Shown in pieces: positions 26,156 to 39,214 of a DNA stretch of 64,000 bases. Both the position numbers and the translations under genes were made by a program. Positions within the stretch are counted from its first letter, which is position 1; the number at the start of each line of letters is the position of its first letter. Source of the DNA: Octopus vulgaris. Its lineage: Eukaryota. The stretch spans positions 60,140,001 through 60,204,000 of the forward strand of contig OX597828.1 of assembly GCA_951406725.2 (NCBI GenBank). The letters run 5' to 3'. The notes beneath the pieces were generated by a model that made no database searches, was not told where the DNA came from, and saw nothing but the letters and a program-made list of their open reading frames with translations.

Positions 26156-28591
26156 TTATTCATTATTAAATGCTTGAATTGAGATGGTGAATGACTCGGA
26201 TAAATAGATAGTTTTTCAAAGCCATTTCTATGAAGACAGTTTCCATAGCTGATCAGTTTATTTGAAATCTTCATTATCATTCAGACTTCAGACATATAGA
26301 AACATTGAAGTAGTGTTGTATCTTTTTGGATGCCTAAAGGAGTAAATATGTTTTGGGTATGTCTATTTTTAACCATCTAAAAGAAATTTTGGCACTCCAA
26401 ATGCTTTAGTAAGGCACCTACTATTGTTGTGCAAAATAAAGACAATGACAGTGTGGCAGGCTATTTTGTGTTTTTACATTTGTGACGTTGCTTCTATTCC
26501 TTCAGAATGTAGAAATGGAAAATATTTAGTAAATCTATAGTTCATGTTTACATTATTTTTGTTGAAGATTTTCTTGTATAATCTGCTGGGAAGTGTTTCT
26601 GAACTTAATTTATACAAATCTTACAAACCTTGACATGCCATAGAAACCGAAAGGTAGACTAAACCATATAATTTTTCTTATTTTTAGTTGTTTGTGTATT
26701 GTGCTAATGTTTATAATATAATTGGCTTCAAAGTTTCTATTTTTCAGTGTGTTATTATAAAAATGTGCATTATCATGGCATATATTAGAAGTATGCTGAC
26801 TAATGTTATGAATGTTTTTACAACCATAGGTAATTTATTGGCATATTTGTTAATATGTTCTAAGTTCTAGTTAGGCTTTCTACAAGTGTAATATTTTTTA
26901 TTGTTTATATCTCAGGTTTTATCAAAACATCTAATATCTATATTTGTATTAGTAAGAATATTTTAATTAAATATTCTAAATGTACCAATTAGATTTTTTT
27001 CCTGGGGCTGTTTTGTTTATATGGCAAGAAAAATTTTCTCATCACAATGGGAGCTTAATTTGGTGAGCTTAAATTTACTTCCTCTTTGGTCTCATCACAT
27101 TAACCTATTGCAAGGTAAATAATTATTCACTTATTTCTCTAAACCCATGGGAATTTTCTGAAAACTGAAGCTACTTCTGAAATCTATATTATGATAATGT
27201 ATTTTTCCTTAATTATAGTACAGTTAGTAACAAATTAGAAGTTGACATGCCACTAAGGAAAAAGACAGGCTTATCATCTGAAGACAACAGAACAATCATG
27301 GATATGTGTTTTTGCCTCAGTTGGCATCATCAGCACAACAGTTGTCCTTATCTTCAGAAACAAAAAAGAGTAAATCACATTTATGGCCAAAGTAATTGGC
27401 TCAAATTTTTTTTTAATGAACCAAGAGTGGCCAAAGGCATGTATATGAACAACAGAAACAAATACAAGTATATCGAATACCTGTATAACACACATACAAC
27501 AGGTATTTTTCAGTTTCTATCTACCAGATCTGCACTCAAGGCTTTGGTCAGCCCTGGGCTAGTGGAAGACAGTTGCCCAAGGTGTGATTGTGTAAATCAT
27601 ACTTTACATGTTCATGTACACTCAGACATAGAAAAACCTTCACTGCGAATATTGTCTTAAGAGAGAAATTCTCTTTATAGATAGTGTGTGCTAAATCACA
27701 CCATCAGACTATGAATGATGTCATCAAACTTTGGGACTTGAATTTTGTGTCATTGTAGTTCATCAGTTATGGACAGTGAATCTTACATTTTAACAGCAAA
27801 TAATAAATTTACTGATGTATGCAAAATTTTGTAAAATGGGAATTAATTAAATACTGGTACAATAAATAGTGATGATTAAAATATAGCAGTGTGCAGTGAT
27901 ATTTAACATATTCACATATGCACAAACCAGGAAATATCTTTGTTGCAGTTATTGTCTCGAGAAGAAATCCTCCTTATGGACAAATGTGTGTAAAAATACA
28001 CTGCTAAGCTGTGAATATGTGCTATACACACAGTGGGGTTAGGATGAGTCAGTTACTGGTTACACTGGAGTAGAGTAATATGTTTTATCAAAAATCAGCA
28101 AAAATATCACTAAAACTGTTACTCAGAGTTTCACGTTCCTGTACATTGGACAGTTTTGTTTACAATGGATCAAAAATATACGAACATATACGATTAGTTT
28201 AATGGATACACATTTGAAAATGGTTTTGTTTCATTGGTCCTTTCAACTAACGGTCTTTAAACTGGTTGCATGCAATAAACAAAATTCGGTATAAAATCAT
28301 CTTACTATAAAATCAAAGAAAACCTTAAATCAGAAATAGCTCATAAAGGACAGTGTCTAAATACCCAGGGTAAATAATTATTTGTAAAATATTAATCAAT
28401 TAATACATTAAAAGTTATATCCATTTAAAACAAATTTTCTCATTGGTTTAGACATACGTTTAGCAGTATATGCCCATACCTAACCATCTATAATATACAT
28501 ATATACACTAAAACACAGATGCATGTACATACATATACAGACATATATAGGCAAGACATAAATATATATACAAATGCATATATATATATAT

Positions 28592-28973
28592 AGGAGTGGC
28601 TGTGTGGTAAGTAGCTTGCTAACCAACCACATGGTTCCGGGTTCAGTCCCACTGTGTGGAATCTTGGGCAAGTGTCTTCTGCTATAGCCCTGGGCCGACC
28701 AATGCCTTGTGAGTGGATATGGTAGACGGAAACTGAAAGAAGCCTGTCGTATATATGTATATATATATATTTGTGTGTCTGTGTTTGTCCCCCTAGCATT
28801 GCTTGACAACCTATGCTGGTGTGTTTATGTCTCCGTTACTTAGCAGTTCGGCAAAAGAGACCGATAGAATAAGTACTGGGCTTACAAAAAGAATAACTCC
28901 CGGGGTCGAGTTGCTCGACTAAAGGCGGTGCTCCTGCATGGCCGCAGTCAAATGACTGAAACAAATACAAGAG
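28592..28973 (+). mobile_element. Full-length tRNA-derived SINE family 1
   Basis: A box tggctgtgtgg, B box ggttcagtccc, CORE-like cttgggcaagtgtctt, internal (TA)n, tail ggccgcagtcaaatgactgaaac. Many copies in the window. Confidence 0.88.
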
Positions 28974-29021
<48 letters not shown>

Positions 29022-29239
29022 CATGTGCATAAAATCTAGCATATGCTTATACAAATTAGTTGTTACAGACGAAAGAAAGAGAAGGGAAAATCAGAAAATA
29101 TTATGTTTGCGGAGGAGGAAGAAAACAGTGGAGAAAAAAAGAAAAGAAACAAAAGAGAAACAGAGAACTGGCGAGAGAAAGGGGAAAAGATAGATAGGGG
29201 CAGAGAGTGCTACATATGATGCTTGAAAGTAACTAATAA

Positions 29240-29646
29240 TGTAAAAGCACCATCCGTTCGTGTCCGTTGCCAGCCTCGCCTGGTCCCCCGTGCCGGTGAC
29301 ACGTAAAAGCACCATCCATTTCGTGGCCGTTTGCCAGCTCTGTCTGGCCCCCGTGTTGGTGGCACGTAAAAGCACCATCCGTTCGTGTCCGTTGCCAGCC
29401 TCGCCTGGCCCCCGTGCCGGTGACACGTAAAAGCACCATCCATTCGTGGCCGTTTGCCAGCTCTGTCTGGCACCTGTGCGGGTGGCACGTAAAAAGCACC
29501 CACTACACTCACAGAGTGGTTGGCGTTAGGAAGGGCATCCAGCCGTAGAAACACTGCCAGATCTGACTGGGCCTGATGAAGCCTTCCAGCTTCACAGACC
29601 CCAGTTGAACCGTCCAACCCATGCTAGCATGGAAAACAGATGCTAA

Positions 29647-29680
<34 letters not shown>
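29240..29680 (+). mobile_element. RTE family A 3'UTR: four ~62-bp tandem units (ABAB) plus terminal module and (GAT)n
   Basis: Repeated cacgtaaaagcaccatcc with alternating gccagcctcgcctgg / gccagctctgtctgg. Ends in (gat)n. Confidence 0.85.
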
Positions 29681-29681
<1 letters not shown>

Positions 29682-30096
29682 ATAGCTTGCACAACAAACA
29701 CATAAAAATGCATGCATAAAATTACATGTATATCTACATAAGTATAAATATACATACAGATATACACACATATGGATACGCAAACAGATATACAAAAATA
29801 TGTATGCAAATACATGCTCACATATATAAAAGTATATACACATATACATACACATTTACATATGTATATATACACATACACACACGGATATGTATACATA
29901 CACACATACATGCATCTACATACATATACATACCTACAATACTTACATGTACATAAATATATAGAGATATATCTACATCATAACGTATATATGCAAACAA
30001 TTTTTAAAAGCTGTTCAGTGTGTATAATATTAAAATGTAAAATGTGCATTAATTTGATGTAATACATGAGTCAAAATAAAAATAAAATAATAAAAA

Positions 30097-30376
30097 TAGA
30101 CGGAAACTGAAAGAAGCCCATCATATATATGTATATATATGTGTGTGTGTGTGTATACGTTTGTGTGTCTGTGTTTGTTTCCCCCCCCCCCCCAACATCG
30201 CTTGACAATCGATGGTGATGTGTTTATGTCCCTGTAACTTAGCATTTCAGCAAAAGAGACCGATAGAATAAGTACTAGGCGTCCAAAGAATAAGTCCTGG
30301 GGTTGATTTGCTCGACTAAAGGTAGTGCTCCTGCATGGCCGCAGTCAAATGACTGAAACAAGTAAAAGAGTAAAGA
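30097..30376 (+). mobile_element. 5'-truncated SINE family 1
   Basis: tagacggaaactgaaagaagcc...ggccgcagtcaaatgactgaaacaagtaaaagag. Confidence 0.8.
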
Positions 30377-30447
30377 GTATACATGTTGAATATGATTGTA
30401 CATCTCTATATTTCATCCAATGCTATTTAATGCATATCAAATATATC

Positions 30448-31268
30448 AACTGGATGTGTAATGTCAGTGTGCACAAACGGATTGTAAGCACCCTGAGACA
30501 TAAGAAGCATCAGATATGGTGTGCAAGAGAGATGACCGCACTGGTATGTTCATATGTTACATATGGATGAGGACAGTGGTGTGTAAAAGTGTCACACCCT
30601 AAAAGTGGAGGGAACCTGTGGAAGAGGTAGACCCAGGAAGACCTGGGATGAGGTGGTGAAGCATGACATTTGAACGTTGGGCCTCACGGAGGCAATGATA
30701 AGCGACCAAAACCTTTGGAGATATGCTGTGCTTGAGAAGACCCAGCAAGCCAAGTGAAATCATTGTCGCGGCCAGTGCCAGTACCTCCTGACAGGCACCC
30801 GTTCCAGTGACATGTAAAAATCACCGTTTGAACGTGGTCAATGCCAGTGCCACCTGACTGGTCCCGTGCCAGTGGAACGTAAAAAGCACAATTTGAGTGT
30901 GGTCATTGCCAGTGCTACCTGACTAGCTCTCATGCTGGTGGCATGTAAAAAGCACCATTTGAACGTGGTCGATGCCAGTGTTGCCTGACTGGCCCCCATG
31001 CTAGTGGCTCGTAAAAAGGCACCCACTACACTCACGGAGTGGTTGGCATTAGGAAGGGCATCAAACTGTAGAAACCTTGCTAGATCAGATTGGAGCCTGG
31101 TGCAGCCTCCTGGCTTGTCAGTCCTCAGTCGCACCCTAAAAGTGGAGGAAACCTGTAGAAGAGGTAGACTCAGGAAGACCTGGGACGAGGTGGTGAAGCA
31201 CAACCTTCAAACATTGTGCCTCACGGAGGCAATAACAAGCATGGAAAGCGGACATTAAACGACGATGA
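30448..31268 (+). mobile_element. RTE family A 3' end with UTR array and internal re-duplication
   Basis: WMCNVSVH..GRGRPRKTWDEVVKHD, four UTR units, terminal module. Confidence 0.85.
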
Positions 31269-31269
31269 T

Positions 31270-31666
31270 TTACTGTCCCTTTTTCCATGCTTGCATGGGT
31301 CAGCCTGAGTTTACTTGAGGCAGATTCTCTATGGTTGGATGCCCTTCTTGTCACCAACTCTCACCTATTTCCAAGTAAGCTAATATTTCCTCATGGCCAG
31401 ACATGTCTTAGTACATTGGAAATGAATAGCACTGCTTGTATGAAAATGACACTCATCTACATCTAACCAGGCAATGTCAACATAAGGAGATACACATATA
31501 TATGATGGGCTCCTTTCAGTTTCCATCTACCAGATCCACTCACAAGGTATTGATTTGCCTTTGGCTATGGTAGAAGACAGTTGCCCAAGGTGCTACACAC
31601 TGGGGCTTAACCTGGAATCATGTGTTTGGGAAGCAAACGTCTTACCATACTGCCATTCCTGCACCT
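31270..31666 (-). mobile_element. SINE family 1 head fused to an RTE-A-type tail (family 1b)
   Basis: The minus-strand head matches SINE1 (ccttgggcaactgtcttctaccatagcc). The 3' end is aagggcatccaacc..cccatgcaagcatggaaaa. A second copy lies at 55815-56173. Confidence 0.65.
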
Positions 31667-32133
31667 ATGTGTGTGTGTGTGTGTATGTATATGTAGATAT
31701 GAACATACATGTGTGGATATATGCAAATATATATATACATATCTACTACATATGTGGAAAATCAGTATGTGGTTGTTTGTAGCATTGTTATCTATCTCCT
31801 CCTACATCGTTTTATTGATTTTGATGAAACTTGATATGTGAGTAGATCTCATTTCTGGAAACTTTGTGACATACTTAGATTGTTGAAAAAATTGATAATA
31901 TGGCCCCAGGAAGGGACCTTTATATCTACCTCATATAACTAAATTTTTTTTAAATACCCAAGGGAAATGAAGGAGAATATATTTTAGATTAAAAAAAACT
32001 TTGTTTATCTTAATTTTGAAAAATAAAAGTATTAAAAGACCACATTATTTATGGGATGACCAAATATATATATATACATATATATATAAATGTATGTGTG
32101 TGTGTGTACATATATGTATATATATATATATAT

Positions 32134-33089
32134 TGTTACGAATCACCTGCTGTCGCTCAAACTCTTCGGAAAACCACGGACTCAGAGAGAGAATTCAGTG
32201 GGGGGAAGGCGGCAGCGAACTCGGCAACCGGTGACCGGAGAGAACACACACAGAGATACAGAGAGACACAGCGGAAGGCTGGCTTACGTTTAACAACAAT
32301 AGTTTACAACAATTATTACATCAAATACATCAAAGAAAATACGTGTAAGAAAACAAGGAAACAACAAATCAAAGCATGCAGGTACAATAACAGTTCAGAG
32401 ACAAATCAGTTCAGATCAATTAATGTTCACGATACAGTTCAAAGTTCAAATAATGTCCACATTAAAGTCTTTCTCTTCACCCCCCCTCAGCAACTCTGTA
32501 ACACTGTTCTTTTCACAATCTCTTTTCCTTAATTCAGTACTTCTTCCTCCTTTTTTAACATCAATCTTTTACATTTCAACAATTCTTTTCCCTTCTTTAA
32601 CACATCAAAACATAAATAAACATACCGTTACGAGCTACTACAATAGCCAGTGCCTTCACGCCGTAATCTCCCCCACCTCCTCAATCCTCTGTGTATGTCC
32701 TTCTCCACGTTGTCGTTGCCTCTCGCCGTAATCCTATCTGCCTGTCTTCCTCTTTCACATTCACTGTCATTCTCTCGCTTGCCATCCCTCACTTTGTCTG
32801 TCTGTCTTTCTCAACGATGTAAGCTGCCTTCTTGGCTGACCGTCCATATCACTCCCGTCTCTGGCCAGAACTACCGACCGACTGTGCAACAGACTCACAG
32901 CTCCTGCTTTTTATAGGGTAGCTTCCTCGACCCCTCTTTGACCGGAAAAAGGGCAGAGGTCTCTCCGAAAGTCATTACTCTTTCGTGAATCTGGCAGAAC
33001 AAAGGACAATAACTTTAGATCCCAGACTTTCAGACTACAAACGAGCAAAGTAGGTCATAGCAGTTGTTTCCGAATTGACCTCCCCATAT

Positions 33090-33091
<2 letters not shown>
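32134..33091 (-). mobile_element. Probable solo LTR (958 bp) inserted in (TA)n
   Basis: TG...CA termini (tgttacg...catatca) with (TA)n on both sides. CpG-rich compared with the flanks. TATA-like cctataaaaag on the minus strand at ~32908-32918. No ORF. Confidence 0.6.
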
Positions 33092-33149
<58 letters not shown>

Positions 33150-33237
33150 AATCCAAACGGGAAACAAAAGAAACAACAACAATGGAACAATTACAGTATT
33201 ATTATTAATAGGCGCTCAGGAAATGGAAGCAGGGAGG

Positions 33238-33274
33238 TATGACGTTTCGAGCGGAGCTCTTCGTCGGAAACATA
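33238..33274 (-). ncRNA. Minimal hammerhead-like motif (variant core) in Penelope-like repeat 33145-33600
   Basis: Minus strand reads CCGACGA-A-GAGC(UCC)GCUC-GAAA-CG-UC. U4C deviation and weak stem I. Confidence 0.5.
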
Positions 33275-33889
33275 AAGAAAGAAGAGAGAGGAAAGAAAGA
33301 TCCCAGAGCGGGCAACGGAGATAGAGAAAAAAAACGACTGGTGTTTAGGAGTTACACATGGTGAAAGGCGGATGTTTACGATAACAAGAGCAAAGTGGGT
33401 TTTTAAAGGCAAAAGAGTGGAGACAAGGTTGGTAACGCAACATGTGTGTGATGTGTGTGTGCGTGTGCGTGTGTGTGTGTGTGAGGCGAGATAAAAAAAC
33501 AAAAAATATATGTATGTGTTAGTGTGTGCGTCTGTGTGTAGGCGTGTGAGGTAGGGCGAGACGGTGGTCAGCATAGCAGCAGCATAGCAGACAAAGGTCA
33601 GTAGTAAGAAAAGGGAGGAAGGAGGAAGGGAGGGAATATATAATTATTAATATTTGAGGGAATAAAATCCAAAACTTACAAGGAAAAAAAATTCAATTTA
33701 GAAGTACTAAATCAAATTCCACACAATATATTATTCTACAATTTATATAAATTATTATTTTTTTTTTTGCATTTTACTTAATCTTTGACATTTTATTGTT
33801 ATTTTAATGTTAATATTTCTATTATATGTAATTTTCTGGATGGTGTAATTTAATTGTTCATTTTGAATTGATAAAAGGTGTTTTTTCTC

Positions 33890-33929
<40 letters not shown>

Positions 33930-34760
33930 CGATTAATGTTCATCTTCCATACATGCATGGGTAGGATGGTTGACAGGAGCTGGCCAGGTAGAAAACCCAC
34001 CCTAGGCTACTATGTCAGTTTTGGCAGGGATTTTATGGCTGGATGCCCTTCCTAACATCAACCACTCTGCAGAGTGGACTCAGTGCTTTTTACATGGCAC
34101 TAGCACAGGTGAAGTTAGTTTTGGCATGATTTTTACAGCTGGATGCCTTTCCAAACACTGGCCACATTACAGTGTGGAATGGATGCATTTAACATAGCAC
34201 CAGCACTTGCAGGGTAAGCAAGTAACTCACAAGATCAGGAATTATGAGAAAGGCAGGGCATTTGAGGAGGAAAACTTGTGTCAGAGGATGAAAGATTAGA
34301 GTGTGACAAAAAGACAGAGAGACAGAAACAGGTGTCCTGCCACAACTGAGGGGGGCATTAGAGAGGTGATCAAGTATCAAAGAGATAGAGTGAGAGTGAG
34401 GTACAAGAAAGAGGCCAGAAACAAGTGTGCTGGTATAAAGGAGATACTTGGTTACCTAGTCAGAGAAAAAACAAAAGAACAAGAGAGTGACCAAAGGGAA
34501 ATGGAAAGAGAGAAAGTAGGAAACAATAAAAGTGTAAGAGAGAGCAGAAGATAAATGCTGTAGTGCTAGGGTATACTCACAATATGAGTGTAGAACCTGG
34601 TTAGACAAATAGTGTGTGGGTGAGGGGTATGGGTGTTGGGAGCAGTGATACAGTGAGCAGGGCAGTGAGGGCAAGAAAGAGGATTGGAAAACAATCATAA
34701 TTTATGAAGAAGAAAAGTGAAGAGAATGATGCAGTTAGAATTGCAAGATGGACTCTGTTT
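33930..34760 (-). mobile_element. RTE family A long 3'UTR fragment
   Basis: Collinear with 1588-2200 and 61332-62460, including the duplicated ggctggatgccctt module. Confidence 0.8.
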
Positions 34761-35089
34761 ATGACTTTTGCTATGAGTATTATTATCAATACACTCTAAT
34801 CTGCATAATATTACAGATTAACATTTCAAGCTATAAACGTAGGAGCATATGAAAAATCATACTGTTTTATTCTAACATAAAACATAAGAATTCATGCTAA
34901 ACTAGTCTACATAATATCTATGAGAAAATGGCTGGTAAGGATGCTGTGTGGGAGAGAAACATCAAACATCATCACATGAAATAAACTAAGACCAAGGTTA
35001 AAAACTTAGCTTGTTTTCACTTCCAGCAATAAGAAAATAAAACAAAACTATGTCTATCAATGCAGAATGTCTTTGCAATATGGACTCTT

Positions 35090-35392
35090 GGTTGATGAAT
35101 GGTTGAATGATCAAATCCAAGCTTCTCTGCTAGTTCCTCAACAGTTACGATGGAATTTTGTTCCACCAAGATATGCAGGACATCCTCATCAAGCTCTACA
35201 GTTCTTCCAGGATGAGGCTCATCTTCTAGGCTGTAGTTTCTGGCTTGGAATTTCTGGAACCACTGTTCACACTGGCTTTTGCTTATTGTCCGATCCCCAT
35301 ATACTGCATTAATATTCCTTGTACTTTCCATTGCTTTGTTACTTTTATCGAACTCATAAAAATATGCTAAATATGCACCTTTGTCACTTCCA
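35090..35392 (-). mobile_element. Mariner transposase N-terminal fragment (Mos1/Hsmar1-like HTH)
   Basis: STRNINAVYGDRTISKSQCEQWFQKFQARNYSLEDEPHPGRTVELDEDVL..TVEELAEKL. Confidence 0.85.
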
Positions 35393-35529
35393 TTATAGCT
35401 TTGACAAAATAACTGTTAATTGTCAAAGCTGAACTGCACTCTTCGAAACTTGCACTAACAATAAGTAAAAGGTAAACTTACTACTTGCATTCATAGCAAG
35501 TTGATACAGGTCATTTATCCTGTTCCCTA

Positions 35530-35714
35530 ACTGCCAGTGGTATGTAAAAAGCATCCACTATACTCTCAGAGTGGTTGGTGTTAGGAAGGGCATTCAGCTG
35601 TAGAAACTTTGCCAGATCAGTTAGGAGCCTGGTCCTGCCTCCTGGCTTGCCAGTCCTCAATCAAACCATCCAACCCATACTGGCATGGAAATTGAATATT
35701 AAACGATGATGATG
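35530..35714 (+). mobile_element. RTE family A 3' tail
   Basis: gagtggttggtgttaggaagggcattcagctgtagaaac...(gat)n. Confidence 0.8.
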
Positions 35715-37039
35715 ACTGAGATAAAAGTTGGTTATGCATTCATATTTAGGCGTGTTCTGTATTTTTCGATAAATAAATTTTCTTTATTTAAATGTTCTTG
35801 TACAGAAATTGTTTTTTTGCGCTGATAGATGGGGAAAACTGAAGTTTGGTTGGATACTACCTGCACATCTCTCTATGTGTTCACTCAAAGGAATCTGTTT
35901 ACTGTGTTAAACGGATCTGTTCCTTAGGTAGTGTGGTTCTCCGTCTAAGTGCCATACTTGTTTCTCCTATATGATTATGTTCACAACCTGAACAATTTAT
36001 AACTTAAATTTGATTCTCAGAGGCACAAGTGAATTTGATTTTAATTGTGAACCTCTCTCCTTTATATGTAGATTATATGTATTTCTTATTATTTTCTATA
36101 AATTCTTATTATTTTCTTTTCTTATTTCGATATCCTTACTTATCAACCTCTTATCCCTTATAAATTGTTATTTTTCTTGTTCTTAAATAGATATTTTTCA
36201 GTTACTTAAGTCTATGCAAGATGGTTATAAATATTTGTGTATGTGTATATATGCATATATGCACATATATAAATGTGTGTGTATCTGTATGAATCTTTAC
36301 TTTTTTCTGATTCATGGCTTAGAATTAATAGATAGCATGTATATTTTTCCAGTATTCCATAAGTAAATGCACTGAGCAGTTTTTATAGAAACCACCTAAT
36401 AAGTAATTAAGTACATGAATGAATATTAAACTGATTCTATGTAATCTTTCCTTTTTAATGTTTATAATTGATATATACACACCTTTTACCTTTTTTGGTT
36501 ATATCATTTTTGAAATTCTTAAATTTATTTTTATACAACATAACAATATTGTTTATAAACAATCACCAATAGGGCCCCAAAATAAAATTTCCTCTGTATT
36601 AACATCTTGGGTCTTGCCCCTTTGACTGGTAATTAACATCTTAATTTAAAGTCTTCCCCTTCCCAGCCTCTTTTTGTAGACAGTTACTTATATCCAACTG
36701 ACTATTCCTAATGTCTTATTTCCTCCTTGAGGAAAATGGATATATATGATAATATTTATGACTATACCTAGCCATGAGCTGCCAACTCACTCTTGTCCTT
36801 TAATCAAAATAGACATGTTCTTCTAGTCTTAGATTTAGTAGTTGATAAAGAGATAAATGAATTACAATCCCTTACAACACTATGACCCCACTAGGCTTCA
36901 TGTGATTCTTGGAAGTGTAGTCTATTCTTAGCCACAATAGCGACAACATGAATTCCTTCCATCTTCATGCTCTGTTAAAATATTTGAGAAAAATTATCTG
37001 AATGTATCCTACTTGTTAAAATTCTATTTATTTATTTGT

Positions 37040-37328
37040 GCAGCCTTGGGCTGATTAAAGCCTTGTGAGTGGATTTAGTAGATGGAAACTGAAAGAAGCC
37101 TGTCATATATACATATATATATAAATATTTGTATGTGTGTGTGTTTATACCCCACCATCACTTGACAACTGATGTTGGTGTGTTTACGTCCCCATAATTT
37201 AGTGGTTTGGCAAAAGCAACCAATAGAATAAGTACTAGGCTTACAAAGAACAAGTTCAGGGTTTGATTTATTCAACTAAAGGTGGTGCTCCAACATGGCT
37301 GCAGTCAAATGACTGAAACCAGTAAAAA
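37040..37328 (+). mobile_element. 5'-truncated SINE family 1
   Basis: gccttgtgagtggatttagtagatggaaactgaaagaagcc...gcagtcaaatgactgaaac. Confidence 0.8.
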
Positions 37329-37360
37329 GAGGGAAAAAAAGAAAAAATAACATCTATATA

Positions 37361-38360
37361 ACACACTGAAAGGTAGGTCTGGCGAGATTGTTGAGTTGCT
37401 TGAACGGAGATGTGTTGATATGTGTTGCATCCAAGAAGTGAGGTGGAGAGGAGGTTCTGCTAGGTTCCTCACAGGCAAAGAACACAGGTACAAGATTTTC
37501 TGGGCTTCTCTTTGTGGCTGGTGACTTCAATGGGCATGTTGGATAACATGCTGGGTGCTTCCATGGAGGCTACGGTTATGATTCCCGCAACGAGGAGGGA
37601 ACCAGGCTGCTGGAGTTCTGCGATGCCAATGATCTTATGGTTTGCAGCACTAACTTCAGGAAACCTACCAGCCACCTAGTCACCTACCGATCGGGCCGAC
37701 ATACTAGCCAAATTGACTACATCCTTGCCAGAAAAAGGAAAGATGGTTGCTTATAAATGCCAAAATCTTCCCGGGCAAAGAATGTACCCCACAACATAGA
37801 CTGGTAGTTAGTGACTTTAGGATCAGGACTAAGAGGACGACCAGAAGACTACCAACATGGAGAAGAAGGGTCTGAAAGCTTAAAAATCCTGCGAATGGAC
37901 AGAGATTTAGAGACATATTACTTGAAGCCTTTGACGAAATAGAAGGGGATATAGCTTCACATGGGGTAGAAGACAACTGGAGGTTTCTTAGGGACAACCT
38001 GCTGAGAGCCATTGACCAGATCTGTGGTTGGTGCAAAGTTTCCTCAAGACCCAAAATAACGTGGTGGTGGAACAATATTGTTGACAGGGCTATTAGACAA
38101 AAGAAACAGGCTTGGAAGGACTGGAAGAACAGTGGTAGTAGGGAAGTGTATCAGACTGCCAGAAGGGAAGCTAGGAGGCAGGTGTATTTAGCCAGAGGGG
38201 AAGCAGATAAGAAAAAATGTTCTGTGCCGTGAGGGCCAAAGACTTGAGGTATTTCATGTTGCAAGACAGTGTGTGAGAGAGAATCGTGATGTGGTAGGAG
38301 AGAAATGTGTTTGCATGGATGATGGTTCACTTGGGCTAAATGAGGATGCAAAGAGAGAGG
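37361..38360 (+). mobile_element. RTE family A 5' portion (APE endonuclease + linker), internally deleted
   Basis: TLKGRSGEIVELLERRCVDMCCIQEVRWRG, FVAGDFNGHVG, SQIDYIL, QHRLVVSDF, TWWWN. Confidence 0.88.
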
Positions 38361-38387
38361 TTTTTTTCTCTTTTAAATATAGTTATA

Positions 38388-39082
38388 TCATCATCACCAT
38401 TTAACGTCCGTTTTCCGTGCTAGCATGGGTTGGACAGTTTTGACTGAGGGTTGGCAACCAGATGGCTGCACCAGGCTCCTGCCTGATCTGGCAGTGTTTC
38501 TACAGCTGAATGCCTTGCCTAACACCAACCACTCCGTGAGTGTAGTGGGTGCTTTTTATGTGCCATCAGCACAGGGGCCAGAGGAGGCTGGCAAACGGCC
38601 ACAATTTGTTGGTGCCTTTTACGTGTCACCAACACGGATGCCAGTCAGGCAGCGCTGGCATCGGCCACGTTCAGATGGTGTTTCTTACATGCCACCAGCA
38701 TAGGTATCACAACTACAATTTCCATTTGATTTTTATTTTCATGTTGATGTACTTGACTCAATAGGTCTCCTCAAGCACTGTGGGTCACCCTACAATCCAA
38801 GGTTAGCACAGCAGGCCATCCTGCGAGCCATGAACTCACTTCATTTGTTGAGTCTTCACAGTCACAGTATATTTCAGAGGTCTCGGTCTTTCGTCATTGC
38901 CTCTGTGAGGCCCAACGTGCCACTGGCATGGGTATCACAACTACAATATCTATTTAATTTTTATTTTGATGATGTACTTGACTCAGTAGGTCTCCTCAAG
39001 CACAGCAGGCCGTCCTGCAAGCCATGAACTCACTTCATTTGTTGGATCTTCGCAATCACAGCATATCTCCAGAGGTCTCAGT
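38388..39082 (-). mobile_element. RTE family A 3' end with local tandem duplication
   Basis: Terminal module at 38388-38560. 38690-38890 is repeated at 38918-39082. Confidence 0.8.
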
Positions 39083-39152
39083 GTGTATTTTTCCCTTGTT
39101 ACGTAAACACACCTTGTTTGAATAACACCTGCGTTTAACACCATTTATTTTC

Positions 39153-39213
<61 letters not shown>

Positions 39214-39214
39214 A

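Noticed and set aside
29240-29500. Repeat-spacer appearance resembling a CRISPR array
   Set aside because: The spacers are homologous to each other (ABAB), the array is part of a LINE 3'UTR, the context is eukaryotic and there are no cas genes.
29509-30245. Many overlapping ORFs rich in Y/I/H/T/C/V, plus poly-His/Ser/Ile ORFs
   Set aside because: These are translations of (TA)/(CA)/(GAT) simple repeats.
32056-32532. 158-aa ORF
   Set aside because: It starts in a microsatellite, runs through the putative LTR, and has no protein motif.
35017-35331. SETMAR-like host gene
   Set aside because: Only a truncated mariner HTH is present, with no SET domain or splice structure.
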